DNA from: Tubulanus polymorphus
Lineage: Eukaryota > Animalia > Nemertea
DNA: 64,000 nt
Direction: 5' to 3'
NCBI RefSeq assembly: GCF_964204645.1
Contig: NC_134025.1
Location: 13,640,001-13,704,000, forward strand
A model generated the notes under the pieces. It was not told where the DNA came from and made no database searches. It saw only the letters and a list, made by a program, of their open reading frames with translations. The position numbers and the translations under genes are program-made. This document shows, one piece after another, positions 1 to 13,655 of the stretch. How positions within the stretch are numbered: position 1 is the stretch's first letter; each line of letters starts with the position of its first letter.

Positions 1-3000
1 TAGCCTTACCCTTAACCCTTCCCTATTACAATGCATAACGGAACCTAACCCTAACCCTAACCCTAAAGACCGTCTTGACCCTAACCCCCGGACCCTCTAG
101 ACCCTAAACCCTGGACCCTCTAGGCCCTAACCCTTTAGCAATTCAAAAGGCAGCCATTTTGTTTCTTTCAATATCACTTCCGTTTCATGGATGCTCTAAA
201 ACATTATCCAAATTGCGATATATCATACATTTGGCATGTCGTAGGGGGTATAAAAATCATGTGTCACGTGGGTCAGATTTCTGAAGTTGAGAAGATCGTC
301 AGTACATATCAATGGCCAATGCACTAAAGACACTCTCTAGCGAGTTTGTCTGGTATTTTGGACATAGTAATGAGAGGTTCTGATGATAATTCATCTTGGG
401 ATGAATCTGATGCTAGTACTGATTATGGCTGGCCCGACAATCTGGATGACCTTGGAGGTCAATGACCATAGTTTTCAAACTTGGTACGATTCTAAAGCTT
501 GTGAAAAGAGCTTTCAAAGAATATATACTAGTATGGAGTTTGGAGTAGTATGGAGGAAAACCAAGGCAGGTGAAATGCGTCCTTGGAGCAATTTTAGACA
601 AGTATAATCTAAGTATTTCAAATCTGGTGTTGAATTAATCTTAGCAGCAAAATCGACTTAGTCTGAACCCCACAAGTACATGACATGTTCAAAATGTTAT
701 TTTCGTAAAGCTATACTTACTTTTAATTTGTGCTTCGTCCATATACGGCCCTATGTATCATGCTGTCTGACGTCTGTTCAAACCATCAGAGGAGATTAGA
801 ATATGTAACACTAGCAAGATTTGGATTGATCAGCATTCTCAAAACCTTGTCACAGACAAGATGTGTTTGCAAATTCAAATGCACTTGGAACAAGATTAAC
901 TTTGTCTTATCTGGTAGAATATAAATCTCATAATAGTTAATTATATATTGTATGAGACTATATTTAGTAAAGAAAACCACCATATCGAGTAGCCCATTAG
1001 CTTAGGTCGAATTAGAATAAAAAGGGATTGGAACAACCCCTCTAAGAGTCCATCATTGTGCGACTTAATTAATACCATCCTTACACCTAAACACTACAAA
1101 CCTATCAATAAAATGACCATTTCCTATAGAAAAAAAACAACTACCAATATTCATTATGATATACTAATGCCTAGGTTGAGATTACTGTAGAATATCAAGA
1201 ATGATGAATGCATGACCTTATAACCACAGAGCTAACAACCCTGACTACAATGCCATCTATCAATAATATACTGCAATAAATTATGAGTATTATTCCTCTG
1301 GGTTTGAGGTAAATTTTACAGTATTGCGGCGGATATATGTTTGAAGAATACGATATTTACAGTTTAGTTATGTGGCGAGGTAAGTTATGGCTACAGTCGA
1401 ACCCAGAGTCAGCTTTTATATAAGAACCCTGGTACCACAATGATCTTACGAATTCCCATCCGTAATAATGACTATCAACTACATCTATCTAACGCAAGGA
1501 TTACCACGTGGCTTATGCCATTATATTCTTACGACAACAGAGCTACACCACGCTAACACGTTATCAGAGCACGCTCATTGGTAAAAGATTATATTCAATC
1601 ATTCACAAGTTACAACAAAGAGTGCTTGTTACTAGTAAGCACTTTAAATGCAGCTTGCTATTTTCTGTGGTGCAATGTCAAACATTGTGTAGCTCTTTGC
1701 TGACGATTTAACAAGAACGACTTCCTCATTAGGACAGTCCCAATTATTGGTGACCTGATTTCATCAATTCAAAGTAGCATGAACGATAATGAAAGAATCC
1801 GCCATACTATTTACCAATAAAAAGGCTCAAAACTTTTAGCAATAAATCTGGAATTGACTTAGCAGATTCGACTGACAAGAAGTAGTGTCATATTTAATAT
1901 GTGATAAAAATCAACAAAATTCACTTTATTTTTCAATTTACTTTACACTTAAATGATCCTAATACAACTCCTTCAAGATCAGGACTAAATGAAATTATAA
2001 TGTTGTATGACAGAACTATGCAATTAAGAACATGAAGATGACAGTAATTTTTCTAGCGTGATTAGGTTCCAGGTACGGGGACTGTCTCAAAATCTACAAA
2101 TTTCAGAACAAAACTTGAAAAAGAGCCCTAAGGGGCACTATGACCAGCCTGTCAGTTTTTCATAAAATGGAAAATGATGCATTCTGTGGGTTATATTTGT
2201 CGAAATACACTCAAAGCTCAGAGACAATACCTATAATTTACATAGTGCAATCGTGTTTTCATATTAAGTACCACGGACAGGGAGCTGGCAGGAACAAATA
2301 CCTGAGAGGAATCTTTTCCACAGGGGCCAGACACTAAAGCTTTTTGACCCGTCAGGCCCCTGTGATCTTTTCCTTGGTCTTTTTTATTTGAATGCGGAAT
2401 AGAATTGAATTGGATTTTCTGAAATTTGCTCAATAAAACAACATTGAATTTGATGTTTTATTTGTTCAATAAAGAAAAATTGAATTGGATTCGATATTTT
2501 TCTTGAGGCAAAAAATTTGATTGAATTTGCAGATTGAGCACATGGCTAATAGGCATATCAAGGTCATCCATGCGATTTGAGAAAAAGCCATTTTCCCAGA
2601 CTTCAAATAAATTGTCATTGATATTTTCTGTGGTGCAAATAAAAATATTCCTCCCAAAAACCAAATCAACTAAAGATTTCACAGAAATCTATCTTGGAAT
2701 ACAATCTAAAATCTTAAAATAAAACTCGGAAGTATAACAGTAGACGATAGCACGGGTTCACGTGAACACCTGCTGATTTCTGTGGCTAAGCCAATCATAG
2801 AGGAGTCTTTGCCTTCTGATTGGCTTTTTAAAACCAATATTTCTGCATTCAGATTTTCGCGAAAAAAGCTCATATGAATTTTAACGAGGCCCTTATTCAG
2901 AATTCAGCTCCATAGGATTTGGAGAATGGATAATGCTTTAATGAATGATTTGTATGAATATATGCTCAGTTCCACAGTCAAGGGCCTTTACTCTGGAAAC

Positions 3001-5058
3001 AATGTCATTTAAATTTGCTCCATTTGTTTAGTAATAGGTTCAGCCCACGGCTGGCCTAATAAACCATACAATTTTGGAATTTATCTGAACAATATTGCCA
3101 GAATTTAATCCCCGATAAACGATGCATAAAGCATGAACAAGTTTCAGGATTCTACAGTGTCTCAATCAGATTTTATCCTGTCATTTGTGAATTTTTTTCA
3201 GGACGATAATAATAGTTAGTAGGTCATCCTTAAGCTTATGCTAAAAACCAGCATAAGTTGCAGACGATCAACAATACTTCTATTCAGATAATTTTCATGT
3301 TAGCCACCGCCGTTAGTGGCGCTAGTGTTGGCAAAAGGCAAAATGCATTGAAATGTGGGTGACTTTTGTATTCATCCTAGAACTACATTTAAACACAGAT
3401 CCCCTACTCTTGCAAACTTTCCAAGTGTTTTATTTGTTTTGAGATGATCAAAACTATATTTTATTACTATATTTTTTTTTGTTACCGTATTTGACCTGGT
3501 CTTTACAAACGACGCAGTACCCCACGCCAGCTAAGTCTATCTTATGAATGTAGTTCGATAAGTAGTCCCCGTTACTGTCCTTACACTCTAGCCATTGCCA
3601 GTTAATTTATTTTTTATACCGCTGTCAATTGCCTTTATATCGGCCGACTCCCGACTGACAATCTTTCCGTGCGTGCTCATTTTGCAGACCGTCCCGCAAA
3701 AAGAAAGTTACAAAGCTGCGTGCCTCAGGACATAGCACGCGCGTGGTAATAATTAAGATGATATTTATTAAATATTATCTTAATCATTACCACGTGCATC
3801 TTCACATTGTTGGCCGTCAGCGGGACGATGTACAACGGCGCGTAAAGATAATTGACTTTTAATTGGAAATGGCGTCACAACAGTGGTGCTCCGCCTACGC
3901 ACGCACATATACCACAACAAGCACACATATATACATTGTAGCAGAACGTCCTCGGACAGAGACCAAGATAAAATAACACAGAAGCGACGACGAATACAAA
4001 CAAACGAACGCTTTTACGGTCCGTGCCATTACTGGTCGCCGCGAGGAATTCTCACCAAATTTCCGGAATTGACATCGGCAATCCTAAATTTCCGGAATTC
4101 CGGATATTTCCGGAAAACTAGCATCTCTGATAACAGTATATTCATGTACTGAAAAATTATAAAATACTTTGATCTTCAGTGCCCGGTGGCTCCCTATGGT
4201 TTATCATTCGTTAATTTTGTTAAATTTTACTCAAACTGTCGACTTCAGACGATTTTCTTCTCATTTCGTCTTTGGCCTAGGTGACCGAACACTGGCGCTC
4301 CTAGCGGTTGCGGCAAACATTAAAATCATCTGAACAGAAGTATTCACAGCAATTTCAGTCGCATGAAAATTGCACGATAAAAATTGCCAGTTTGCACCTG
4401 GTTTTAATCGAAATTGAAAATTGGCTCATTTTCAAACCACTTGAACCAATAGAAATTTCTATGAAAATCTACTATAAAATGATACCCACCACAGGGGCCA
4501 TTTGATAGCGAATAGATAGAACCAGCATCACTGACCAACCCCACTCATTATCCCTGTACAATAAAAAGACAAATATGCTGAAACATTGATGCTATGAGTT
4601 CTACACTTTTACAATCCAGACCTTTTCTGAATTTTTACCATTAATTCACAGCCAATCAGCATGCGTGAAATATTTAACCTGGATATCTGCAAAATGAATC
4701 TGGAACTGAGTTTTCCCCAGTGACTCGAATAGATACCTGCATACAATTTAGCAGGAAAAGAAATCAATAAGATGTTTATTCTTAACATACATTGTGTAAT
4801 TTTTGATGGTGAATGATTTTATTTACACCGTGTATGAAGTTTGAAAGACAATTTCTGTAAATTGAACATTTCCCAATTTCATTTCCTTTCTTAAAAATCC
4901 ACAAATATTCACGGTTATGAATCAATTTTTCAATTCACTTGTATTCACTGCTTTCACCGCTCACGACAAGCCAATGATTATTATCATGTAGATTGATAAA
5001 CTAGAACAACTATAGAAGAAAATTTGCTTCCACTTGCTATATGGTCAAACTACCTTAC

Positions 5059-5160
5059 CTTCGGTAGAACATGCGGTTCGATATCTTGATATACATAACC
5101 ATCTTTGCCTGAGTTTTGACTAATTCTATCAAAATGACTAGCAGAAACAACAGAATCTTC
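5059..5160 (-). CDS. B3GALNT2: B3GALNT2 coding exon 6 (EDSVVSASHFDRISQNSGKDGYVYQDIEPHVLPK)
   Basis: tttcag acceptor, gtaagg donor, 102 nt phase 0-0; aligns by recall with human EALFIARFSPPS...KPVEQFILPE. Confidence 0.85.
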
Positions 5161-5388
5161 CTGAAAACAAATTGAAATTCTTACTTAGACAAGTACGCGT
5201 ATTTTCATGAATTACGTATCATCAGTAATCACATAATCACCAGTAGTAATATCAGGGTGTCCGTAGAGGGGGCAGGAATACTGCCCCCAGAAATTTTGGT
5301 AAAAGCACCCATTTTGAAAATCTTATGAAATATATATCTGGATCAATATTAAAGCATGTCAAACAATTAAAACTTTGTCTACTCTTAC

Positions 5389-5484
5389 CATTGTTAAAGT
5401 ATCCACTAACTGCACTGTCAATCCAGCATCTTTGCTCAGAACGTTCCAAATACCTAATTTGGTTATTACAATCGGATGGTGTAC
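5389..5484 (-). CDS. B3GALNT2: B3GALNT2 coding exon 5 (VHHPIVITKLGIWNVLSKDAGLTVQLVDTLTM)
   Basis: ttttag/gtaaga junctions, 96 nt phase 0-0; matches human VLYPIVITSLGVF...ITVKLY. Confidence 0.9.
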
Positions 5485-5814
5485 CTAAAATGTAGAAACT
5501 ATATACATATACATGGCATCCCAGCATCTAAATTGGCTATCAAGAGCGTACTGTTAATTGGAGTAAGAATTCACAGCGTCAACAAGGGTTTAAAGTTTAG
5601 GCTATATCTAGATTGGGTCCTCTTTTAAAGTAATGTCTGTCATTCCCTTTAATTCTCTTAAATCTAATTCCCTCATAATCAACATTTCCACTTCTTCCAT
5701 AGAAAAATAGTAAGTTCCATTATCAAATTTCAGTAAAAAGTTATATATCAATCTGTATCATCATGTCTAGAAATTGGAAACCAAAGTGAAGGCTACAGGT
5801 GTGGTCTAAAAATG

Positions 5815-8007
5815 CAGGGCTCAAATTTCAAATTTGGTCTCAAGGACATAAGTGTCCTTGGGAGATGAGTTCAAAATAGGCTACCCCTGGACATTTCTTA
5901 ATATGCAAGGCCAAAAATTTTATTCAAAGAAAGACGAATTAAGACAAATTTAAAGAAAATGTTATTTATTCATAAAACAAAAGATAACAAACACATTGTT
6001 TCGGCAGAACAACCACTCCACTTATTTTTCTCAGCCATTTATTCTAGGAAATAATTATAATACTTATGTGCTGAAGTACAATTATCTGAAAGCCTATGTT
6101 GCACAAATCTTTTTAAAAACGAAAATCAAAAACTAGGAATGAGGAACAGTTACAACACATATGGCATGATAGTACATCTATGATGTATCATGTCGAAGTT
6201 TAACAAACCAAATAAGTGAAATAGTAAAACTAGACCAACACATTTAAACATGAAAATACAGGCATTAAAATACTCAGCAAACAACTTCACCCAACATCTT
6301 GCTATCACACTATCTACGAATCCTCAAATCCTTCAAATTCATCACTGTCTAATGCATCGGAATCAGCATGTACATTCATAAGTTCAAAATCTTCTTCTGG
6401 ATCAAGAACTACATCGGGAGTAATGGTATCCAGCTTTCTTGGTTTGTATGGCCTGTGATGAGGCCGTCGTTTTCTTTCACCACTTTTAAGGCAACGATTT
6501 ACTGCTGGCGGACTGTCATAATCATATGGCTCTGGACCATCAGCAGCACTCTTGCCACTAACTGATATAACCGGGCAAGTGTCCAAACTCTCGAATCGCT
6601 TTTCTATACAGCTGCGAAGAGAATAAATAATCTTACATTTGATCGTATCACACAAATTAACTGACATGTTGGCTTGTTTAAATGAAATTCTGTCTCTACA
6701 TGTACATGTATTATTTGCTTCATTGATAACAATTTTGTTTTTGAATGATGTCAGGTTTTGATCGTCAACAGTTTTCAGGAGTGTGTGTCAACCCAGAAAT
6801 AGTTGAATCTAGCTCTTTGGCAATACGGTACACCATAATATCATCAGCTACTTTATGTGCAGCCCACTTGGAGCCACTTGAACGTACAGGTTTCACAATA
6901 TCTTCCTGATAAACCTCAGGAAAAGTTTTGAGTTCACGATACTTCTTCACAGAGTTATGATACATATTGTATATGCCAAGCAGTAGATCATCAATCTGCA
7001 AAGGAATTATATAGAATATGAATGAAAACAGATTTTCATTTTGAGACTTACGCAAAACCTGCAAAAAATAATTGCTCACTGAATGTTCTTTTTGTTTAAA
7101 TTCTTTTACCTAGACTGCAGTGATATGAAATTTACCTCGGCAAAGTAAGTTTGCTTGAAGGCATCTTTAAGCGACAGTTCCATGTGATGTGCAGCACAAT
7201 GCACAGCTACCACGGAGTCGCATTCATTCTGATACTATGTTATCACACCATTGACACGTCCAAAGTTGACAGAGGCACCATCTGCAGATATTTCAACCAG
7301 CTGATGTTCGATGTTAATCCCCATCTTGGGAATAATTCCATCGACAGCATTCTTAATACCAAGAGTTGTGGACGTTTCAGGAAGTACAACTCTGAAATAA
7401 AAAATTATAATCATTATACATGAAACGTATTAGACCTACATGCTTTTTCTCAGAGGATACGAATATCATTTTCCCTTACCCAATGAATTTTGCAACAGCA
7501 GCGCCAGTTTTGTCGATGCATCTCATACAAAAAATTTCTCGTTCATTCAGTGATTTATCACACAATCCATCGAACATAATAGAGATGTATGAACCGGGAT
7601 GCTTAGCGCATATATCCTCTTTCAATCCATTTTCCATTACTTGTACAATACAATCAATAAATTTAGAACAGGCCTTATCGTTCTGATAGGAAGATAAATG
7701 CTGCACGCCTTGACGCATAAGTTCAAACTTGACCAAACCAGCGAAGTCATTGAATGGTTTTTCTTCCTTAGCTATGTAGTAGGCCAAATTGATAAGTTTC
7801 ACCATTTTGTTCCTTTTCCAGCACTCGAACAGATTTTGATGATGATGGTTCATCAATATCACTACGGTCATTATTATCCTTATCAGTAGGCCTAATAACG
7901 CTATCAGATTCAGCTACTATCGATGGATTATCTGATTTTCTCTTCAATCCTACTGAAAATAATGTCCGTTGCATTTTGAGTAATTTTTCGCAAGAAGTAG
8001 AAAGCAT
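5815..8007 (-). mobile_element. Degenerate hAT DNA transposon (ZNF862-like transposase pseudogene)
   Basis: Minus-strand fragments AYYIAKEEKPFNDF, ISIMFDGLCDKS (first catalytic D), ISADGASVNFG (second D), VHCAAHHMELSLKDA (CxxH), KPVRSSGSKW; CAGGGCTC terminus at 5815; stops, frameshifts and deletions; second terminus not identified. Confidence 0.8.
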
Positions 8008-9119
8008 GGCGGTAATTTATAGAGATACTTAAAAATTCAATTCTTTTAACGCAACTAACCTGGAGCGCGGAATAGAGGTTGATGATAAGTTTTAAAAACA
8101 GCATATATAAACCTCATATGAATAAATCAAAGTCCGTTTTTAGGCCGAAAGTACTGATATTAAGACATATCCACCGAGTCCCTTCCCAATATATAATTAT
8201 TTGGTTGACTTTGTTGCATTTAATACGTTTACTTTGTTTATTATTCAATAAATATTATTTATTATACTAAGTAGAAAACTGTACTCGGCACCGATATTTT
8301 GTTTAGAAATAACCGGCGCTCACACGTGGAGAAATGTACATATCAGTAGGCTTGAATAGATCATATGTAGGTTATCTTCTGTAAGGTAATCATTTTCAAA
8401 CCACATAACACATGTAATAAATAACTAGCACGTTATAGATGTTATAGGGGGCCAGGGGCACCATGCCCATCAAGTGGATACAGAATGCTTGATAATCTGA
8501 AAATTTCAACATTCATGTCCCTGATGAATGAGAAACCTATGATCTTGTAAGTAAAGAATACCTGTTTCATGTATTAAAGATCCCTTTTCATAGCATACCC
8601 ACTACAAATTTCAATAAGAGATGCCTAACCATAGGAAACAATAGGACTCAGAATTAAGGCCAAAATCGACATTTTTGCACATAACTAGGGGTCCAGGGAC
8701 ACCATGCCCACTTGGGAAGTGGTTTCAAATGCTTAACCATCTAACAATTTCAATATTCAATGCTCCCTGTAGACCATATACAAACACAAATGACCTTGAA
8801 ACATACCACAATCATAGAACATGTCAGCAGATTTTGTAATTGACCGTGAAGACAAAATATGCCTAGGTACCATTATCATATGGAAATACTAAGTTATTCT
8901 ACTATTCGATACCCCCAGGTGACCATATGCAAACCCAATGACCTTGAAACTCACCACAATCATAGAACATGTCATGAGCTACAACTTTGCAATTGATCAT
9001 GGTAACAAAATATGCCTAGGTACCAATATGATAAGGAAATACTAAGTTATTGTATTTTTCCGCGCTGCCTGGTGGCCATATACAAAAACCAATGACCTTG
9101 AAACTCACCACAATCATAG

Positions 9120-11748
9120 ACAAGGTGCCCATGGGCACTGTTAGATTCAGCGCAGAAGTTAGTGAATTGAAGGAGTTAATCATATCCACCATACTAGACC
9201 ATACATTGTTTAGAAAGGTGCTCTATCAGCTTATACTTGACATAAAGGGAAATGCAATAATAGATTTTGAAATGAAATACATATAATCATTATAAATTAT
9301 AAGCCTCCTAATAAATTATAAGGTTTCCATAAATCAAAAGAATCTCAAATGTCATATTCATATTTTTGTTGCTGAAGCTGAAATCAAATCTAGCTGTATC
9401 GGGAGATGATGAGAAAGTATTCTAAGTTCCATACAAACTCTGTCCGGATTTTCAGGATTCAAAGCCAAGACCTAACGCTAAAAAATTAAAATCTTGTCTC
9501 TCCACTCATTGCTGAGCTTAATAGTTGACACAGCCGGCCACATATCTACCTTGTACATTACTTTTTTTAAACCATGATCAATGATATTTTACTATATCAG
9601 ACCCGGCAGTTTAGAAATGAACTGATAAAGTTTATAACATTCTACAACTACACAGATTCTTTCTGTGTGGTCGGTTTTATCAAATTCGGCTTTTTGATGA
9701 ATCATCTATCAATTTTTATGTGACAGTGCACCAGCTCGACATGAACACTACGTAGGTGTGAGCGGTATCTATTCGCCGGACAGAAGCGACAGGCAACCTA
9801 CCCTCGTAGTATCATTGGGGAGGCGGCTTTCACCATGCCATACGAGGGCGCGGATTGTGGCTTCCCTATTACCTAACCGTCTCAATATAACCATAGCGTC
9901 AAGCAGTAGTGCAAACAAGACGCCAAGGCCACTAGGACGATTCCCACGCATTGGCAGGAACGTAGCGAGCCAGCCGCGGTGAGATGGTGAGTTCGAATTC
10001 AACTATATACTACACAATATTGGTCGACATGTATGGTGTTTTCAATGTGAATTAAAATTGTTTAAAATTCATTGCATATTGATACAAACTTTTTTTTCGT
10101 GAAGATAATCCCGAGCGTATGCATAATTCATTTTAGTTAAAATATTTTCTGACAAATCTTTTTTTATTAACAGAATATTTTTATCTAGATTAACGGCTTC
10201 GTTGATTTTGGTGAGCTTCACATATTACTAAAACGAGGGCGCTATCATCACAGCTCCGCAATAAATACTGCAAACAACGCCGCGCATCGACATGCAATAT
10301 TCAGCACAGCAAATGAAAAATCATGGTCAATTTTATTTCTTCTTTTGTAGTTTTCTCATTGGAGAATTTTATATGTTGAATCAGTAATATATAAAAAGCT
10401 TACTTGTAAATTCGACAGCAAATGTCGTACAATTCTGCTCGTGTTGTTTACGTTAGTAGATCAAGATGACGTCACACTTCATTGCTATAAATCCCCAATA
10501 AATCCCCAAAAAATGGCATAAAATTGCCAATTTACCCAATTTAGGCTTCATCAATAGCCTTCAAAGGCAGTTGCCACTTACAGACCTGCCAACTTCACAA
10601 TTTTTTTTGTAGTAACACAATACAATTTTGATAGTAGTTTTCTTATTTCAGTCAGTAGCAAATCATTGATTCTCAGTATTGTTAAACTGATTGTTAAACT
10701 CTCCTTCACAAAGAAATATACACACATTAGATTTACGCATTATTGCCATCATTGCTATCAAAAAATACCTTTTAGATTTTTTAACATCTTTTTAAAGAGT
10801 CGTGTAGCATGATCTGATACTGCAAAAGCTATGTTGTGTTCGACCAAAAAATTAATAAACATCACCTCCGCCCTTAGGGTTACCAATTCGTCTGCTGTTG
10901 GAGTATTTGATGTGAAATAGCGAGTGATTTTAGACGCTTTTGCCTTAGCTTCGTGACTTTTGCTTTCTTCACAATGTTTCCCGACATCTGTCAACCCACC
11001 GTGTGTAACAAGAAAATCAAGGTTACAGACAGTACACAGTGCATAACTATTTGATATTTGAGATGGAACAATGCACGGATACTTGGACGTATATTCTGCT
11101 CTGAATTTTTGATTGGCGACACAGGTTTTTTTATTCTGTTGTTCGTTACTAGTCCCTTGTTTGGATTTTCTCTTCCTCGCAGTTAATTCACCTTCTTCCG
11201 ATTTGCTTTATCATCATCAAAATTTGATTCGTTTGCCGAAAAATCCAAATCAGACAACGATGCCGCCATGTTAACAGGTGAACACTAAATCCAACCTCCG
11301 ACTATCACATTTCATGATCGCTTATTGATAACTGCGCATGCGCACAAACCAAAGACTACCGTTCTGTGTATAGGATTTAACAATGACAAAATTGATGTGA
11401 GCATATTCAATTGGCATTCTAACGGAACACCGGAGTGAAATAAATTTGAGCGTATTTGATTGGCATTCTAACGGAACACCGGAGTGAAATTGATTATGGG
11501 CGTATTCGATTGACTCATCGGCGGAGTACCGGAATGAGACCGACGCTCGAGCGTAGTTTTTTCACCACTTCTGTAGCACCGGAGTTCTACTGGTTTTACC
11601 GTAGCAAACTCCGCCGAAATCGGAGACATTGGCAGCCCTGCACTTAGCTGCCGTTATAACAGCCAACTAAATACAGACCTTAGCCCGTGAATCATTTCAC
11701 ACTCGGAGGAGATATCGGTCAATAGATTCGCTGCGCTGAATCTAAAAA
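9120..11748 (-). mobile_element. Second Helentron-type element (family B) nested in family A copy
   Basis: 15-bp inverted subterminal repeat TTAGATTCAGCGCAG (9141-9155) / CTGCGCTGAATCTAA (11731-11745); terminal palindrome GTGCCCATGGGCAC; host unit resumes at ATGTTATGAGCTACA. Confidence 0.65.
10581..11640 (-). mobile_element. Internally deleted hAT-like transposon with 6-bp TSD; encodes zinc-finger N-terminus of transposase
   Basis: TIRs CAGACCTGCCAA / TTGGCAGCCCTG, flanked on both sides by CACTTA; peptide YALCTVCNLDFLVTHGGLTDVGKH...AEVMFINFLVEHNIAFAVSDH. Confidence 0.8.
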
Positions 11749-12956
11749 TGTTATGAGCTACATACAACTTTCCAATTGATTGTGGTAACAGAATATGCTT
11801 AGGAATCAATATAATGTGGAAAAACTTATTTCCACCTACGAATGAGAGTACTGATGACGCCAATTGTGTGATCATTGGCAGATCAAAAATACCTGTCTCA
11901 GGTATTAAGGATTCCTTTCCGAAGATCACTCATCACAATTTGCAATGAAAAATGGCAAACCAGTAGGAAGCTACAGGACTCGGATTTTGGCACAAAAAAT
12001 TCATAGGTCGGCCATCTTGAGTCTGACCGACCCAATTTTTCTTATGATGATGGGCCCATTGGAGCTTCAAATGTGTACAAAAGATCAATGTAATTGATCA
12101 TAGCATCTTCCTTCAAAAACTTCAAAAATTATTATTCATAGCATTTCCTTCAAAAACTTAAAAAATTTGGTCAAAAGTGCTGATTTTGGCGAACAACAAG
12201 GGCTGCCATTCGGCCATCTTGATTCTGACAGGGCCAGTTTTTGGACTTAAGATGTGTCTAGGGTAGATACATGTGTAACCTAAATATCAAGACATTAGAT
12301 TGAAGCGTCTTTTAAACTTCCCAAAATAACTGGATTTCGTCTAAGACGGATGACGGACGAAAAGTGAACGCAATATTCCGCTGGGACTTAAGCCCCAAGT
12401 GGGCTAAAAAAGGTTGCAGGATAGCCATCTTGTGTCAGATCGACCTAATTTCTCTCAAGCTAATGGGCCCTTGGGGACTACAAATATACATGAAAGATCG
12501 AGATAATTGATATAAGCGTCTTCAAATTTCCCTTGAAAACTTCAAAAATATATAAAAAGTGCTGATTTCGGCGAACAATAATGGCTGCCAGTTGGCCATT
12601 TTGAATCTGACAGCGCCAGTTTTTGGGCTGATGACGTGTCTAGGGAAGATACATGTATAACTCAAATATCAAAGCATCTTCAAAACTTCCCAAAATAACT
12701 GGATTCCATCTACAGACTAGGATTAGGGTAAGGTACATTAAGGAAAGCATTAGCTATTTAGAACAATGGTGTTGGCATCTCATCCAAGTGACATTACACT
12801 AGCAATCAAACGGAGTAGTTCGAATCCTAGGTCAAATCCCAGGTCGAATTTTTGCAGGTCACAACAGAATCTTTTAGAGTTGAACACCCTCGTAAATACA
12901 TGTCGGTAACAATCAGTAATTGATGATCTTAATATAGCAAATATAACTTCACTTAC

Positions 12957-13051
12957 TTTAAAACTAAATGCCAATGTTGGTTTATAATGTGTTTCCATTG
13001 ATTCTTTTTTCTGTATCTTCAAATGAGTGGCAACAACTTCATTAGTTGTCA
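12957..13051 (-). CDS. B3GALNT2: B3GALNT2 coding exon 4 (VTTNEVVATHLKIQKKESMETHYKPTLAFSFK)
   Basis: ttatag/gtaagt junctions, 95 nt phase 1-0 fits neighbours; ends in SFK like human VSVSFR. Confidence 0.8.
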
Positions 13052-13286
13052 CTATAAAAAAATACAAAACAACCTTTACTATATTCATAGGGCCTACCTC
13101 ATTGCCCAATGGAGGGGCAGCTCATCAAGTCTCAGTGAGGATTCTAGCATGAGAATTCACTAAATTTTCAAAAATTGGACGAGTGGAAAGAACCCAACCC
13201 AAAGTATGTAAAGTTTTGGAGTATGAGGCAAATGTCACATTCCTGGATAGTTTTTTGATTATCAAATGACGACAAATGATTCTTAC

Positions 13287-13387
13287 CAGGGTTTTTAGGA
13301 TTCCAGTTATCACAGCCATAAGGATCAATACGGTCTATCACTGGAATGTAACAGGGTCTGTTGCCAATGACAAACTTCACAGTAATC
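13287..13387 (-). CDS. B3GALNT2: B3GALNT2 coding exon 3 (ITVKFVIGNRPCYIPVIDRIDPYGCDNWNPKNP)
   Basis: Matches human [25 protein letters not shown]; ttgtag/gtaaga junctions, 101 nt phase 2-1. Confidence 0.93.
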
Positions 13388-13655
13388 CTACAACATAGAA
13401 ATCCAATCAATTTGACCACAGAACGAGTTGAGATTCAAATTATGAAAGCCTGATTGTACTGCTCAGCTTAGTCATGCGGAACCTGAGGGGTTTATCTACC
13501 ACCTCCAGATTCGAATTGAGTGTTTTTGTGGAAATTTAATCTTCCACACATCCAAAATAAGGGATCTAACCATATTCCAGCTTTGTTCATCCTCGAGTAA
13601 CGCTTAAGTGGTACCCACCTCGATACCAGGGCACAAATTTAGTACCGGTACATAC

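Larger units (their letters stand above)
8683..12411 (-). mobile_element. Helentron-type non-autonomous element (family A), interrupted by nested insertions
   Basis: Ends AACTAGGGGTCCAGGGACACCATGCCCACTTGGGA and GCCCCAAGTGGGCTAAAAA shared with four other copies; GACG/GGAC microsatellite near 12345; about 154-bp tandem units at 8760-9120. Confidence 0.8.

Noticed and set aside
1-135. CCCTAA telomere-like repeats at the window start
   Set aside because: Only about three perfect units among degenerate ones, a similar string recurs near 21000, and B3GALNT2 must continue beyond the left edge; more likely transposon-internal microsatellite than a telomere
300-4900. Candidate further B3GALNT2 exons (for example 720-910, 1945-2015, 4680-4737) and a plus-strand exon-like piece at 1332-1379
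   Set aside because: Stops in the required frame or no similarity to the expected downstream sequence; the catalytic KTDDD exons were not found and probably lie outside the window
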